Origin: Bdellovibrio sp.
Lineage (GTDB): Bacteria > Bdellovibrionota > Bdellovibrionia > Bdellovibrionales > Bdellovibrionaceae
Assembly: GCA_036677065.1 (NCBI GenBank)
Contig: JAKFBS010000008.1
Span: 96,001 to 160,000, forward strand
DNA length: 64,000 nucleotides
Direction of reading: 5' to 3'
Positions 32,735 through 42,788 of this stretch are shown here, one piece after another. Below the pieces are notes generated by a model, which was not told the origin of the DNA, searched no databases, and saw nothing but the letters and a program-made list of their open reading frames with translations. The number at the start of each line of letters is the position of its first letter. The first letter of the stretch is position 1. The translations under genes and the position numbers were made by a program.

Positions 32735-34102
32735 CTAAATTAGCGTTTTAGCGTGTTGAATTTGTACGGCAACAGCTTTTGGAGAAGTTCCGCCAGCAGA
32801 AGTTCTGGCTTGCATGACCGCTAAGTGCGGAAGAGTTTTTAAGCTCTCTTCGTCAAACAACGTATGCAAAGTTTTAAGTTCTGGTAACGTGATGTTCTCT
32901 AAAGCTAACTGTTTTTTATTACAGTACTGCACAACATGGCCAATCACTTCGTGGGCTTCGCGGAATGGTAAACCTTTTTTTACTAAGTCATCGGCAAGAT
33001 CGGTCGCGTTTGAGAAATCACCGGCTAATGATTTTTTCATGTTTTCGGGTTTCCAAGTGGCTTCTTCAAGCATCACTAACATTAAACGCGTGCAGCCTTT
33101 AACTGTATCAAGGCCTGTGAATACATGAAATTTATCCTCTTGCAGATCGCGATTGTAAGCTAATGGTAATGCTTTAAGCGTAGTAAGTAATCCAATAAGT
33201 GCGCCATTAACACGGCCGACTTTTCCGCGGATAAGTTCTGCCACATCTGGATTTTTCTTTTGTGGCATGATGCTAGAACCCGTTGTCACACGGTCTGACA
33301 GCTCTACGAATTTAAATTCTGGCATTGACCATAATACTAATTCTTCACTTAAACGTGAAAGATGCATCATGATTGTTGCGGAATCTGATAGAAATTCAAT
33401 CGCGTAATCACGGTCAGAAACCGCGTCTAATGAATTTTCACTTACAGAATTAAAATTTAAATCTTTGGCTACTTGGGCGCGGTTTAACGGAAAACCAGTA
33501 CCTGCAAGTGCCGCAGATCCTAGTGGTAAATTTAAAACTCTTTTTTGTGTTTCTTCTAGGCGATCAACGTCGCGCTGAAACATCCAAAAGTAAGCCATCA
33601 AATGATGCGCAAGACTTACGGGTTGCGCATGTTGCATATGCGTAAGGCCCGGCAAAATAGTTTCAAAATGCTTTTCAGCCGTTTTTACTAGGTAATTTTG
33701 CAGCGCTTTAAGGCTTGTTGTTAAATATGAGATTTCTTGTGCTAAATAAAGACGGGTGTCAGTCGCAACCTGATCGTTACGACTGCGTGCTGTGTGTAGC
33801 TTTCCAGCTACAGCGCCGATTTTAGCGTACAGTTTTTTCTCGATATCAGAGTGAATATCCTCTGAGGTCGGATCAATTGCGATTTTAGCTGTTTTAAAAT
33901 CTTCATGCATTTGCTGTAAAGCTAAAATAATAACGCCAGCTTCTGCTTTAGGAATAATACCCACATCCCCAAGCATTTTAGCATGTGCAATTGATCCAAA
34001 TATGTCGACTTCCCATAACCTAGCATCAACTTCTAATGAAGAAGAAAAAGTTTCTACCTCTTGATGTGTCGGCTCCTGAAATAATCCACCCCAAAGTTTC
34101 AT
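32735..34102 (-). CDS. argH: Argininosuccinate lyase
   Basis: KLWGG, HTARSRNDQVATD and TGSSIMPQKKNPD motifs. Confidence 0.97.
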   Translation of the reverse strand: MKLWGGLFQEPTHQEVETFSSSLEVDARLWEVDIFGSIAHAKMLGDVGIIPKAEAGVIILALQQMHEDFKTAKIAIDPTSEDIHSDIEKKLYAKIGAVAGKLHTARSRNDQVATDTRLYLAQEISYLTTSLKALQNYLVKTAEKHFETILPGLTHMQHAQPVSLAHHLMAYFWMFQRDVDRLEETQKRVLNLPLGSAALAGTGFPLNRAQVAKDLNFNSVSENSLDAVSDRDYAIEFLSDSATIMMHLSRLSEELVLWSMPEFKFVELSDRVTTGSSIMPQKKNPDVAELIRGKVGRVNGALIGLLTTLKALPLAYNRDLQEDKFHVFTGLDTVKGCTRLMLVMLEEATWKPENMKKSLAGDFSNATDLADDLVKKGLPFREAHEVIGHVVQYCNKKQLALENITLPELKTLHTLFDEESLKTLPHLAVMQARTSAGGTSPKAVAVQIQHAKTLI

Positions 34103-34104
34103 TT

Positions 34105-35316
34105 TTATTGTCCTTGTAAAGCTAATTTATCTTTAATGCTGAAGAACATGCGTGGTTGTAAACCGAAGTTTTTAACTGCGCCTGTGCTTTCAGATTGAAT
34201 AAATGTAGTCGTGTCAAAACTTGCAAGATCTTCTGAATAAAGTGCCCAATCAGAAGTTCTGCCAGTAACAACGACGTTACCTTTGTAAAGTTTTAGTTTA
34301 ACAGTTCCGTTAACGCGAGTTTGCGTAGCGCCAATGAAAGCTTCAAGATCAGTTTTGAACGGATCCCACCAAAGACCTTCGTAAGCTAACTTGCTCCACT
34401 CAAGATCGATTGTAGATTTGAAACGAATTTCATCTCTTGTTAAAACTAAGTTTTCTAAAGCTTTATGCGCCTTTAATAATACTGTCGATGCCGGGCATTC
34501 GTAGTTTTCTCGAACTTTTAAACCCATCATGCGATCTTCCATAATATCGATACGGCCAATACCGTGATCACCCGCAATTTTATTTAAGTGAATCACTAAT
34601 TGCCCAGGTGTAAATGCAGTATTGTTAATGTGCGTAGGCATTCCGTTTTCAAAAGTTAAAACGATTTCTTCGGCTTTAGCATTTGCGTTCTCTAAAGATT
34701 TTGTCCACATGAAGATTTCTTCTGGTGGTGCGAAATCTGGCTCTTCAAGGCGTCCGCCCTCGATTGAACGACCCCATAAGTTTTCATCAATGCTCCAGAT
34801 TTTTTCTAAAGATTGCTGAATAGGTACATTATTTTGTAAGGCGTATTCGATTTCCCAAGAACGAGTCATGTTACGTTCACGAATAGGGGCGTGGATGACA
34901 GCGTCTTGAATTAAAGAGCGTAAACCAAACTCGATACGAAATTGATCATTACCTTTGCCAGTACATCCGTGAGCAAAGTGATTTACATTTAATTTTTTAG
35001 CCACTTCAGCCGCTTTAGCAGCGATTAAGGGGCGGGCGATAGATGTCGACATCGGGTAACCTTGATAGTCGCCATTGGCTTGCAAAGCTTTAAAGCAATA
35101 TTCTTTAATGAACTCTTCTTTAGCATCAACTGTGTAATGCGTAGTTCCTAAAACTTTGGCTTTATCTTGAGCTTGAATAATATCAGCCGGATCTTGGCCC
35201 ACATCAACAGTTACAGTGATCACTTCTTCGTAACCGTACTCTTGTTTCATCAATGGAATACAAATAGAGGTGTCTAAGCCGCCTGAATAAACTAATAGAA
35301 CCTTTTTATTGTTCAT
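34105..35316 (-). CDS. argG: Argininosuccinate synthase
   Basis: YSGGLDTS, HGCTGKGNDQFR and SIDENLWGRS; AAGGAGA RBS before ATG 35316. Confidence 0.96.
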   Translation of the reverse strand: MNNKKVLLVYSGGLDTSICIPLMKQEYGYEEVITVTVDVGQDPADIIQAQDKAKVLGTTHYTVDAKEEFIKEYCFKALQANGDYQGYPMSTSIARPLIAAKAAEVAKKLNVNHFAHGCTGKGNDQFRIEFGLRSLIQDAVIHAPIRERNMTRSWEIEYALQNNVPIQQSLEKIWSIDENLWGRSIEGGRLEEPDFAPPEEIFMWTKSLENANAKAEEIVLTFENGMPTHINNTAFTPGQLVIHLNKIAGDHGIGRIDIMEDRMMGLKVRENYECPASTVLLKAHKALENLVLTRDEIRFKSTIDLEWSKLAYEGLWWDPFKTDLEAFIGATQTRVNGTVKLKLYKGNVVVTGRTSDWALYSEDLASFDTTTFIQSESTGAVKNFGLQPRMFFSIKDKLALQGQ

Positions 35317-35369
35317 TTCTATCTCCTTTAAAGCCTTGTTAGGGCGTTTATGCATACAACTGGTTTATA

Positions 35370-35387
35370 TAGGAATAATTATGCAGT
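35370..35387. promoter_or_regulatory. ARG box over the argG promoter
   Basis: Minus strand acTGCATAATTATTCCta, overlapping a TTGACT -35 element. Confidence 0.7.
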
Positions 35388-35428
35388 CAACGAGAATATA
35401 TAAATTAATGGTTGACATATGCAACATA

Positions 35429-35467
35429 AATCCATAATTATGCATACATGGTGCATAATTATTCACG
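35429..35467. promoter_or_regulatory. Tandem ARG boxes (ArgR operator) at the argC promoter
   Basis: aaTCCATAATTATGCAta, 3-bp spacer, ggTGCATAATTATTCAcg; TTGACA at 35412-35417. Confidence 0.85.
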
Positions 35468-36515
35468 TCCGGCAGCGCAAATGCCGGCACAATCTATCTC
35501 AGTTTCAGTCGTCGGGGCACGTGGTTACACAGGTCTTGAGACGGTGAAACAACTATTACGTCATCCGTTTGCAAAGCTTACGCATTGTTTTGCTACGAGT
35601 GAATTTTCATTAACTGATTACTTTCAAAGTAAAAAAGCGAGTGAAGTCATTTGTTTGGCTGAAAAAGATTTAATGAAAAATTTAACTGATGTGGTGTTCT
35701 TAGCAACGCCTGCAGAAGCTTCATTAAAATTAGCGCCCGAGATTTTAAAACAAGGTAAATCAGTGATCGATTTATCTGGCGCGTTCCGTTTGAAAAAAAG
35801 CGACTATAATAAATGGTACGGCTTTACGCATGAACAAAATGAATTGTTGCAATCGGCTACCTATGGATTGGTGCCTTTTGCACAACCTTCTGAATCAAAG
35901 CTTATTGCAAACCCTGGTTGTTATGCATCGAGTGTATTAATGGCGTTAATTCCATTAATCAAAAATAACTTAGTTGAAGCAGATACTATTGTTATCGATG
36001 CAAAATCAGGTTCAACAGGAGCCGGTAAAAAAGCTTCTGAGAATTTATTGTTCACTGAAGTTGATGGCGAATGTTTACCGTATAAAATCGGCAAACATCA
36101 GCATTTACCTGAAATCATCGAAGCGGTAGAACAATTTACTGGCGTTAGTATTAATCCATTTTTTACGACGCATTTATTACCAACTCGTCGCGGGATTTTA
36201 TCTTCGCTATATATGAAGGTTAAATCTGGCGTTACTAAAGAACAGATCCAAAAGGCTTATGCAGATTCTTACGAGCAAAATGCTTTAGTGTTTTACGGCG
36301 AGAGCGCGAAGCAACCTCAACTTTTATCTTTGAAAAAAGTTGTTGGAACGGCTCACACGCACATTAGTTACGAACTTGTGGACGGGAAACTTTTTGTTTT
36401 CTCGACGATCGACAACCTTATGAAGGGGGCAGCCAGCCAAGCGATTGAAAATTTCAACCGCATGAATGACTTCTCTCAAGATGCAGGGCTTGCAGATATG
36501 GAGGCTATGATATGA
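35448..36515 (+). CDS. argC: N-acetyl-gamma-glutamyl-phosphate reductase (start 35448 or 35481)
   Basis: GARGYTG, IDLSGAFRL, IANPGCY and DNLMKGAASQA motifs. Confidence 0.95.
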   Translation: MVHNYSRPAAQMPAQSISVSVVGARGYTGLETVKQLLRHPFAKLTHCFATSEFSLTDYFQSKKASEVICLAEKDLMKNLTDVVFLATPAEASLKLAPEILKQGKSVIDLSGAFRLKKSDYNKWYGFTHEQNELLQSATYGLVPFAQPSESKLIANPGCYASSVLMALIPLIKNNLVEADTIVIDAKSGSTGAGKKASENLLFTEVDGECLPYKIGKHQHLPEIIEAVEQFTGVSINPFFTTHLLPTRRGILSSLYMKVKSGVTKEQIQKAYADSYEQNALVFYGESAKQPQLLSLKKVVGTAHTHISYELVDGKLFVFSTIDNLMKGAASQAIENFNRMNDFSQDAGLADMEAMI

Positions 36516-37708
36516 CACCAGGACCAGGATTACACAGAACACCATTACCTAAAGGGTTTTTAACGAGCGGAACAAACTGCGGCGTGCGTAGATACCGTCC
36601 GGACATTGGCGTAATTATTTCTGAAGTTGATGCAGTAGCAGCCGGGGTTTTTACATTAAATGAATGTAAAGCGGCTCCTGTTTTACATTGTGCAAAAGTT
36701 TTACCAGCTGATAACATCCGCGCTATTTTTACAAATTCAGGACAAGCAAATGCTGCGACTGGAGCTGAAGGTTTTAAGCGTAACCAAGAAGTTATCACAG
36801 GTATGGCAGAAGCCTTAAACGTAACTCCAGATCAAGTGTTGATTGCTTCAACTGGCGTGATCGGCGTGCAAATGGCGACGGATAAAATTATTCCGGCGTT
36901 ACCTGATTTAGTAGAGCGTGCGCAAGAAAATGCTGAAAGTTTTGCTTTAGCCATTCTTACAACTGATCTTGTTCCGAAAACTGTAACTACCGTTGTGAAA
37001 CTTTCGACTGGTGAAATTCGCATTACCGGAATCTGCAAAGGTTCAGGCATGATTCACCCGAATATGGCAACAATGCTTGGTTACATTTTAACTGATGCAA
37101 AAATCACTAAAGATGTAGCGCACACAGTTTTAAAAACAGCGACTGATGTTAGTTTTAACATGATCAGTGTTGATGGTGATTCTTCAACGAATGACTGCGC
37201 ATTTATTATGGCAAACGGCGAAAGCGGAGTTGAGTTAAAAAATGATGCTGACTATCACGCGTTTCAAAAAGCGGTGATTGAAGTTTCTATTTACTTAGCG
37301 AAATCTATTGCCGCCGACGGCGAAGGCGCGACTAAATTAATTGAAGTTGCACTTACTGGTTCGCCTGAAGATGCTTTAGCTAAATCAGCCGCTCGGGGTG
37401 TGACACTATCGCCATTAATTAAAACAGCTGTTCACGGTGAAGATCCAAATTGGGGAAGAATTTTAGCACGTCTTGGAGCAGAGAAAGTTCCGGCGGCAAG
37501 TTTAGCCAAAATGGATTTAACTTTACAAGGCGTAAGACTATTCACAAATGGTGAACCGATCGCTTTTAATAAAGAAGAAGTAAAAGGCCTTTTAAAACAA
37601 TCAAATGTTAAAATCGAGATTGATTTAAAATCGGGTCCTTACCAAGCCACAGCATGGGGTTGTGACTTGTCTAAAAAATACGTTGAAATCAACACAGAAT
37701 ACTCTTGA
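36512..37708 (+). CDS. argJ: Ornithine acetyltransferase / N-acetylglutamate synthase
   Basis: NSGQANAATG, STGVIG, KGSGMIHPNMATML, DGEGATK and WGCDLS motifs. Confidence 0.96.
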   Translation: MTPGPGLHRTPLPKGFLTSGTNCGVRRYRPDIGVIISEVDAVAAGVFTLNECKAAPVLHCAKVLPADNIRAIFTNSGQANAATGAEGFKRNQEVITGMAEALNVTPDQVLIASTGVIGVQMATDKIIPALPDLVERAQENAESFALAILTTDLVPKTVTTVVKLSTGEIRITGICKGSGMIHPNMATMLGYILTDAKITKDVAHTVLKTATDVSFNMISVDGDSSTNDCAFIMANGESGVELKNDADYHAFQKAVIEVSIYLAKSIAADGEGATKLIEVALTGSPEDALAKSAARGVTLSPLIKTAVHGEDPNWGRILARLGAEKVPAASLAKMDLTLQGVRLFTNGEPIAFNKEEVKGLLKQSNVKIEIDLKSGPYQATAWGCDLSKKYVEINTEYS

Positions 37709-37719
37709 GGAGCTAAACT

Positions 37720-38523
37720 ATGAGAACAGATTTAGTAGTCATCAAATTAGGTGGGGCTTCGTTACTTGATCCGGCAACTCGTGATCAGGTGGTTAAAACT
37801 GTGCGCGATTACCGTCGTTATGATTATGACGTGGTCCTTGTGCACGGTGGTGGACCTGCAATTAATGCAGAATTAACAAAAAGAAATATTTCTTGGAGTT
37901 TCGTTAACGGCCAACGTGTAACGAGCACAGAAATGATTAATGTTATTGAAAATGTTTTATTTGGCCAAATTAATGCTGAACTTGTTTCAGCTTTAAATGA
38001 AGGCGGAGTGCCGGCTATTGGTTTGTCTGGTGCAAAAAATAATTTATTATTCTGCAGTCAGGCGCAAAAAGACTTAGGCCAAGTTGGTTTAGTAGAAGCT
38101 GTGAACACAGAAATGATTCATGCACTGCTTACGCCAGAAAAAAATGTTGTTCCTGTGATTGCGCCGATTGGTATTGGCGAAAATGCAGAGCTATATAACA
38201 TTAACGCTGACTGGGCTGCGGCTAAAATTGCTTCGGCGTTAAAAGCTAAAAAATTAATTTTCTTAACTGATCAAAACGGAATCCTTGATCAGAACCAAAA
38301 ATTAATTGAACAAACGACGAACAATGATCTACAAAAATTGATCACTGACGGCACTGTCAGTGGTGGCATGTACACTAAAGTGTTAACTGTGGTGGATGCG
38401 CTTGTTCACGGTGTTTCGCAAGTTAGAATTCTACGTGGCACAGAAGCTTACAACGGCTTATGGAGCGACTACGTCGGCACTATGTGTAAATCATCTGATA
38501 TTTCGGGGGCTCACTATGTTTAA
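37720..38523 (+). CDS. argB: Acetylglutamate kinase
   Basis: VIKLGG, VHGGGPAIN, GQRVT, NINADWAA and GGMYTK motifs. Confidence 0.95.
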   Translation: MRTDLVVIKLGGASLLDPATRDQVVKTVRDYRRYDYDVVLVHGGGPAINAELTKRNISWSFVNGQRVTSTEMINVIENVLFGQINAELVSALNEGGVPAIGLSGAKNNLLFCSQAQKDLGQVGLVEAVNTEMIHALLTPEKNVVPVIAPIGIGENAELYNINADWAAAKIASALKAKKLIFLTDQNGILDQNQKLIEQTTNNDLQKLITDGTVSGGMYTKVLTVVDALVHGVSQVRILRGTEAYNGLWSDYVGTMCKSSDISGAHYV

Positions 38524-39502
38524 CATTACTTCTCCTCATTTTTTAACGGGTGAAGAATTAAGCCAAGCTGAATTAATGAATTTACTTCATTGCGCGGTTT
38601 ATCTTAAAGCCAATAAAAAACAAAGTATTTTGCAAAATAAAACCATCGCTTTGCTTTTTGAAAAATCGTCTTTACGTACGCGCATGAGCTTTACTGTGGG
38701 CATTGAACAGCTTTCTGGCAGCGTTATTGAAATCACTTCAACGCAGCGTAAAAAAGAAACTCCCGCTGACACGATTCGTGTCATGCAAGGGTATGTTGAC
38801 GGTTTAATGATTCGAACGTTTGAGCATGAAATTTTAGAAGAGATGGTGAAGTTTGCTAGAATTCCGATTATTAACGGACTTTCTGATTTACATCACCCAT
38901 GCCAAGCGCTTGCTGATCTTCAAACTTTGCTTGAATGTTTTGGTAAACTTAAAGGTTTAAAACTTTGTTATGTCGGTGACGGTAATAACGTACTTCATAG
39001 CTTACTATTGTTGGCTCCATATGTCGGAGTTGATGTTCATTATGCATGTCCAGAGGGCTACAAACCGGATTCTAAAATCTTAGCGCGCGCCAAAGTGCGT
39101 GCGCAGGCTGGAGGGGCTGAGATCAAAGAATTTAAAACGCCGCAAGAAGCGGTTACCGGGGTGAATGCGATATACACGGATGTATGGACATCTATGGGGC
39201 AAGAAGAAGAACAAGCCGAACGCTTAAAAGCTTTTGCGGGATACCAAGTAAACCGTGAACTTCATGATTTGGCTGATTCAAAGGCAATTATCATGCATTG
39301 CATGCCAATTCACGAAGACCAAGAGATCACTCGCGAAATGATTGAGCATTCGAACTCAGTTTTATTTCAACAGAGCGAAAATCGCATGCATGCGCAAAAA
39401 GCTTTGTTGACTGGACTATATTCATTTGAGGAAATGAGACCATGGCAGCCACAACGCAAGCCGACGCACGCGCCAGATTACAAACCCTTCGTAAACTTCT
39501 AG
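38516..39502 (+). CDS. argF: Ornithine carbamoyltransferase
   Basis: FEKSSLRTR, HPCQALAD, GDGNNV, DVWTSMG and HCMP motifs; ATG 38516 overlaps the end of argB. Confidence 0.93.
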   Translation: MFNITSPHFLTGEELSQAELMNLLHCAVYLKANKKQSILQNKTIALLFEKSSLRTRMSFTVGIEQLSGSVIEITSTQRKKETPADTIRVMQGYVDGLMIRTFEHEILEEMVKFARIPIINGLSDLHHPCQALADLQTLLECFGKLKGLKLCYVGDGNNVLHSLLLLAPYVGVDVHYACPEGYKPDSKILARAKVRAQAGGAEIKEFKTPQEAVTGVNAIYTDVWTSMGQEEEQAERLKAFAGYQVNRELHDLADSKAIIMHCMPIHEDQEITREMIEHSNSVLFQQSENRMHAQKALLTGLYSFEEMRPWQPQRKPTHAPDYKPFVNF

Positions 39503-39915
39503 AAGAAGGAACGGTTAGTACTCAAGAAGAGCTGTGCGAAGCTTTAGAAAAGAAAAATTTTTCAGTCACGCAAAGTACCATCTCGCGTGACCTACGCCGT
39601 ATCGGTGCGGTTAAGACTATTTCGCCTGTGGGTGAAGTGGTTTACCGTTTACCTGATGAATTGTTATTGCCATCAGCGCCTCCTGTATTAACTTCGGGAA
39701 TCAAAGGTTTACTTTTAAGTATCGAACATAACGGTTCAATGATCGTTATTAAAACTCCACCAGGGTCTGCAAGTCTTGTAGCCCATCATTTAGATTTAAC
39801 TAAACCTGACGGTATTTTAGGTACCATTGCCGGCGACGACACAATATTTGTGGCCCCAGCATCAGTTAAAAAAATCGAATCGACTATGGAAGCCATTGTT
39901 GACGAACTAAGCTAA
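39442..39915 (+). CDS. argR: Arginine repressor
   Basis: TQEEL, VTQSTISRDL and GTIAGDDTIF motifs. Confidence 0.96.
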   Translation: MAATTQADARARLQTLRKLLEEGTVSTQEELCEALEKKNFSVTQSTISRDLRRIGAVKTISPVGEVVYRLPDELLLPSAPPVLTSGIKGLLLSIEHNGSMIVIKTPPGSASLVAHHLDLTKPDGILGTIAGDDTIFVAPASVKKIESTMEAIVDELS

Positions 39916-39933
39916 CAGCGCTGAAATATCAGT

Positions 39934-40686
39934 ATGACAAAGATTTTGCGCCTAAGTGTTCTCATCATCAGTTTAATTTCATCTTTTGCTTTTGCTCAAG
40001 AAGAACAACTTGGTCCGCATCAAGGGCAAGTTAAGTCAGCGGGCTCATTTTTAGTCGAAGTCTTAGTTAATAAAGACGGCTCGTTTGATGTTTACTTATT
40101 AGATGCTGAAACTAAAAAATCTACTGTTCGATATTCTTATGTGACTGGTTCTACTGAAGGGCCATCGCAATCAAAACAAGAAATTCTATGTGTGGCGCAA
40201 AAAGAATACTTCGAATGTTACCCCCGCGCCGGAAATATTAAAAAAGCTAAAAAATTAACTTTAAATTTAGCACGTGCAAATGTAAGCGGAAAAGACGTGG
40301 TGTATTCACTGCCGATTTTTAACCCACAGGATTTAAAAACAGCGAAAGCGCGCATTCAGGCGTTGCAAGTCGGTAAAACACAAAAACTTATTAGCTTTCG
40401 TAATGGCAAAAGAGCCACTGCTAATATTACAGATCTAGAAGCTAACGGAACTTACTGCGCTTTAGAAAATATCAAATTGCAAAATTTAAAAATTAAGACG
40501 ACTAAGAAGGCGAATCTGAAAATCGAAAAATTAGAATTTCCGAATAAAGACATAGTTCGTTATTCGGTTTTAGAAAACAGTAACTATTCAATTTACTGTG
40601 ATTTCACAGGCGATAAAGATTTTAAAGTTGCCGCACTGATCGAAAAGATAAACCAGCACATGGCTGGTTTTCTTCGTATTTTGTAA
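39934..40686 (+). CDS. Exported hypothetical protein
   Basis: Signal peptide ending AFA; N-terminal GPHQG motif. Confidence 0.65.
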   Translation: MTKILRLSVLIISLISSFAFAQEEQLGPHQGQVKSAGSFLVEVLVNKDGSFDVYLLDAETKKSTVRYSYVTGSTEGPSQSKQEILCVAQKEYFECYPRAGNIKKAKKLTLNLARANVSGKDVVYSLPIFNPQDLKTAKARIQALQVGKTQKLISFRNGKRATANITDLEANGTYCALENIKLQNLKIKTTKKANLKIEKLEFPNKDIVRYSVLENSNYSIYCDFTGDKDFKVAALIEKINQHMAGFLRIL

Positions 40687-40704
40687 GTAAGAAATTTAGA
40701 TTAA

Positions 40705-41409
40705 CTACCAATAAGTTAAAGTAAAGCCATATGAGCTCGGAAATGTAGTTCCACCTGGAAACCATACTGTTTGACCAGCGCTATTTCCAAGACTGAATGA
40801 TCCGCCGCCTGGGTTGTAACCAATATTGTTGAGGACGTCGTTTACGTCTGGTATGTCAACAGCAGCGTATTGTCCGCTCCCGCCGCAAGAAATACCTGCA
40901 ACACTTTTTGTTTCATCGGCAGCATTATTAAACGCTGGACTTGGTGTACACGAGTTTAGCCAATCTGCTAATGGTTGTGCGGTTGCCGCATAAGTAGCAG
41001 AACGCACGATCATATTTGCAGATCCAACAACAAATACAATTTTGGTCGATGTGCTAGGTGTTGTGTTGGTGCCAGCAACAGTCCAAACACCAGCAGTGTA
41101 TAAAGTTGCGATATTATTACCGCCAGTGGCAAAAGTAGTAGCACAGGTTGCAGAGTTTGAGAAAAACACATTATATGTATATGTGCCGTTCGCATTTAAT
41201 GTTAATTGTTTAAGCGCAGCATAAGTTCCGCCAACAGTTGTTTCGTCATCACAACGTAAACCGCCAAGACTGGCGCCGCCGGCAAGCTGAGCCGCAGACT
41301 GACTACCATCAGTTGGAGTTGCACCTTCAGCAATGGCTGCAAGCTCTTCTTTAGTGCAAGACATGTTTAAGAATAGCGACAGAACAAGAAGTGGCTTTAG
41401 TATTTTCAT
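40705..41409 (-). CDS. Hypothetical lipoprotein
   Basis: Lipobox-like NMSC; Thr/Gly/Ala-rich beta protein with Cys pairs. Confidence 0.7.
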   Translation of the reverse strand: MKILKPLLVLSLFLNMSCTKEELAAIAEGATPTDGSQSAAQLAGGASLGGLRCDDETTVGGTYAALKQLTLNANGTYTYNVFFSNSATCATTFATGGNNIATLYTAGVWTVAGTNTTPSTSTKIVFVVGSANMIVRSATYAATAQPLADWLNSCTPSPAFNNAADETKSVAGISCGGSGQYAAVDIPDVNDVLNNIGYNPGGGSFSLGNSAGQTVWFPGGTTFPSSYGFTLTYW

Positions 41410-41416
41410 GGACTAC

Positions 41417-41444
41417 AGATCGGTAATTTTCGTAAAAAAGTTAA
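41417..41444 (-). promoter_or_regulatory. Putative sigma28 promoter
   Basis: TTAAC-N15-ACCGATCT, ending 7 nt before ATG 41409. Confidence 0.6.
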
Positions 41445-41524
41445 ACAAAAAATTGAAACTGCCTCTTGTTGGGAAATTTAGGTGTGGTTTTTGTTTTCAC
41501 GTAACATAGTAATGGTAATGGCGA

Positions 41525-42583
41525 CTATTTAAGTGGTGTAGTCTTTAAATAATTTGTAATCGCCTCTTCAAAATAATTAACATACCAGCCCATAAAATTC
41601 ACCTGTGGGTCGCCGCCGCGAACTGTGTTCATGTAAGCTCTTTGGTATTCATCACCTAAATTGTAAAGGGTAGTGCTAAGGCCTGGGTTCTGACTGATAT
41701 CAACGCCGGCAACTTGTTTGTAAACTGTAATTGAAGTGTGTGCCATAGCGGCGATGTAGGCTAACATTTCTTTATTGTTAAAAATAACTTGAAATGGTTT
41801 TTTCAGATTCGTGACATCATAAGTTTTATAGTCGTAACCAAGGGGTTTTGTTTTTTCAGCAACTAGATCTGCGACACTCCATAATAAAAATGGCTGGGCT
41901 TGGCCTAAGCCAAAGGTGCCTTGGCCTTTATTTGAAATTTGATAGAACCAAAAAACAAAGTCGCGGTTACTGCCATTGGCTAAATAACTTGTTTTATTAA
42001 GTAAGCAGCGCCATTTCCAGTAATTTGAAATTTTTAAATCAAGACAGCCCTGTGTGTTCGGGTCTTTGGTGATGATCTGCATACGTGCAGACATGGTTGT
42101 AAAATCAGACTCTTTAAACATTTTTGCAAAACTATTTTGAATCGTGTTGTCGATAGCTCCATTAAAAGAATTTTCGCCAATGATTGGTCCAAGAATATGA
42201 AGCGGGTGAATATTAAATGCTTTTGCTAATCTTAAAGTTTCAGATAAAAGACCTTCTTCATTTAAAGCATCTAAAATTTTCGGAATTTTATTTTTACCCA
42301 GGGTTAAGGCAAATTCAGTTTCGCGGCCCGAATTTAACAGGGCTTCCCATTCACCACTTAAGATAGCCCGTGAATACACGCGCAGCTTGGCGACTTCGGG
42401 GATTGTTTTAAGTTTGCCGTTGCCTTTGGGAATCATGCGCACTTTTTGCGTTTCGCTTTTTTTAAAGTTGTGATCAAGCTCGGTATACAGTGAAAGGGGA
42501 GCTCCCCCAGCTACTGCTGTTGTGGTTACTAAGCTTGTAAGAGTTAACAGAATTAATGGTAAGGCGTGAAGGCGTTTGCTCAT
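41525..42583 (-). CDS. DUF1402-family exported protein
   Basis: IHPLHILGPIIGENSFN, TFGLGQ and DISQNPGLSTTLYNLG motifs; signal peptide. Confidence 0.75.
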   Translation of the reverse strand: MSKRLHALPLILLTLTSLVTTTAVAGGAPLSLYTELDHNFKKSETQKVRMIPKGNGKLKTIPEVAKLRVYSRAILSGEWEALLNSGRETEFALTLGKNKIPKILDALNEEGLLSETLRLAKAFNIHPLHILGPIIGENSFNGAIDNTIQNSFAKMFKESDFTTMSARMQIITKDPNTQGCLDLKISNYWKWRCLLNKTSYLANGSNRDFVFWFYQISNKGQGTFGLGQAQPFLLWSVADLVAEKTKPLGYDYKTYDVTNLKKPFQVIFNNKEMLAYIAAMAHTSITVYKQVAGVDISQNPGLSTTLYNLGDEYQRAYMNTVRGGDPQVNFMGWYVNYFEEAITNYLKTTPLK

Positions 42584-42753
42584 GGCTTTTTACATAGCCA
42601 TTGTTATGCCACAGGCGAAAACTATCCTGAGCTTCTAGTTCTTTGTCATCGCGTCGAAGCTTTTGACAGATCACATTTAGGGGCATTGCTCAAGATGAGA
42701 CACTGTCTGCCACTTCATTTGTATTTGAAGCCCAGACTCATATCGATATTCGT

Positions 42754-42781
42754 TTAAGTTCACTCCAGAAAACACCGATAA
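42754..42781 (+). promoter_or_regulatory. Putative sigma28 promoter
   Basis: TTAAG-N15-ACCGATAA, ending 7 nt before GTG 42789. Confidence 0.7.
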
Positions 42782-42788
42782 GACCTAA

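Noticed and set aside
38516..39502. ArgF as N-acetyl- or N-succinyl-ornithine transcarbamylase because of SLRTR
   Set aside because: The DVWTSMG ornithine-binding loop is present and argJ supplies ornithine, consistent with an ordinary OTCase.
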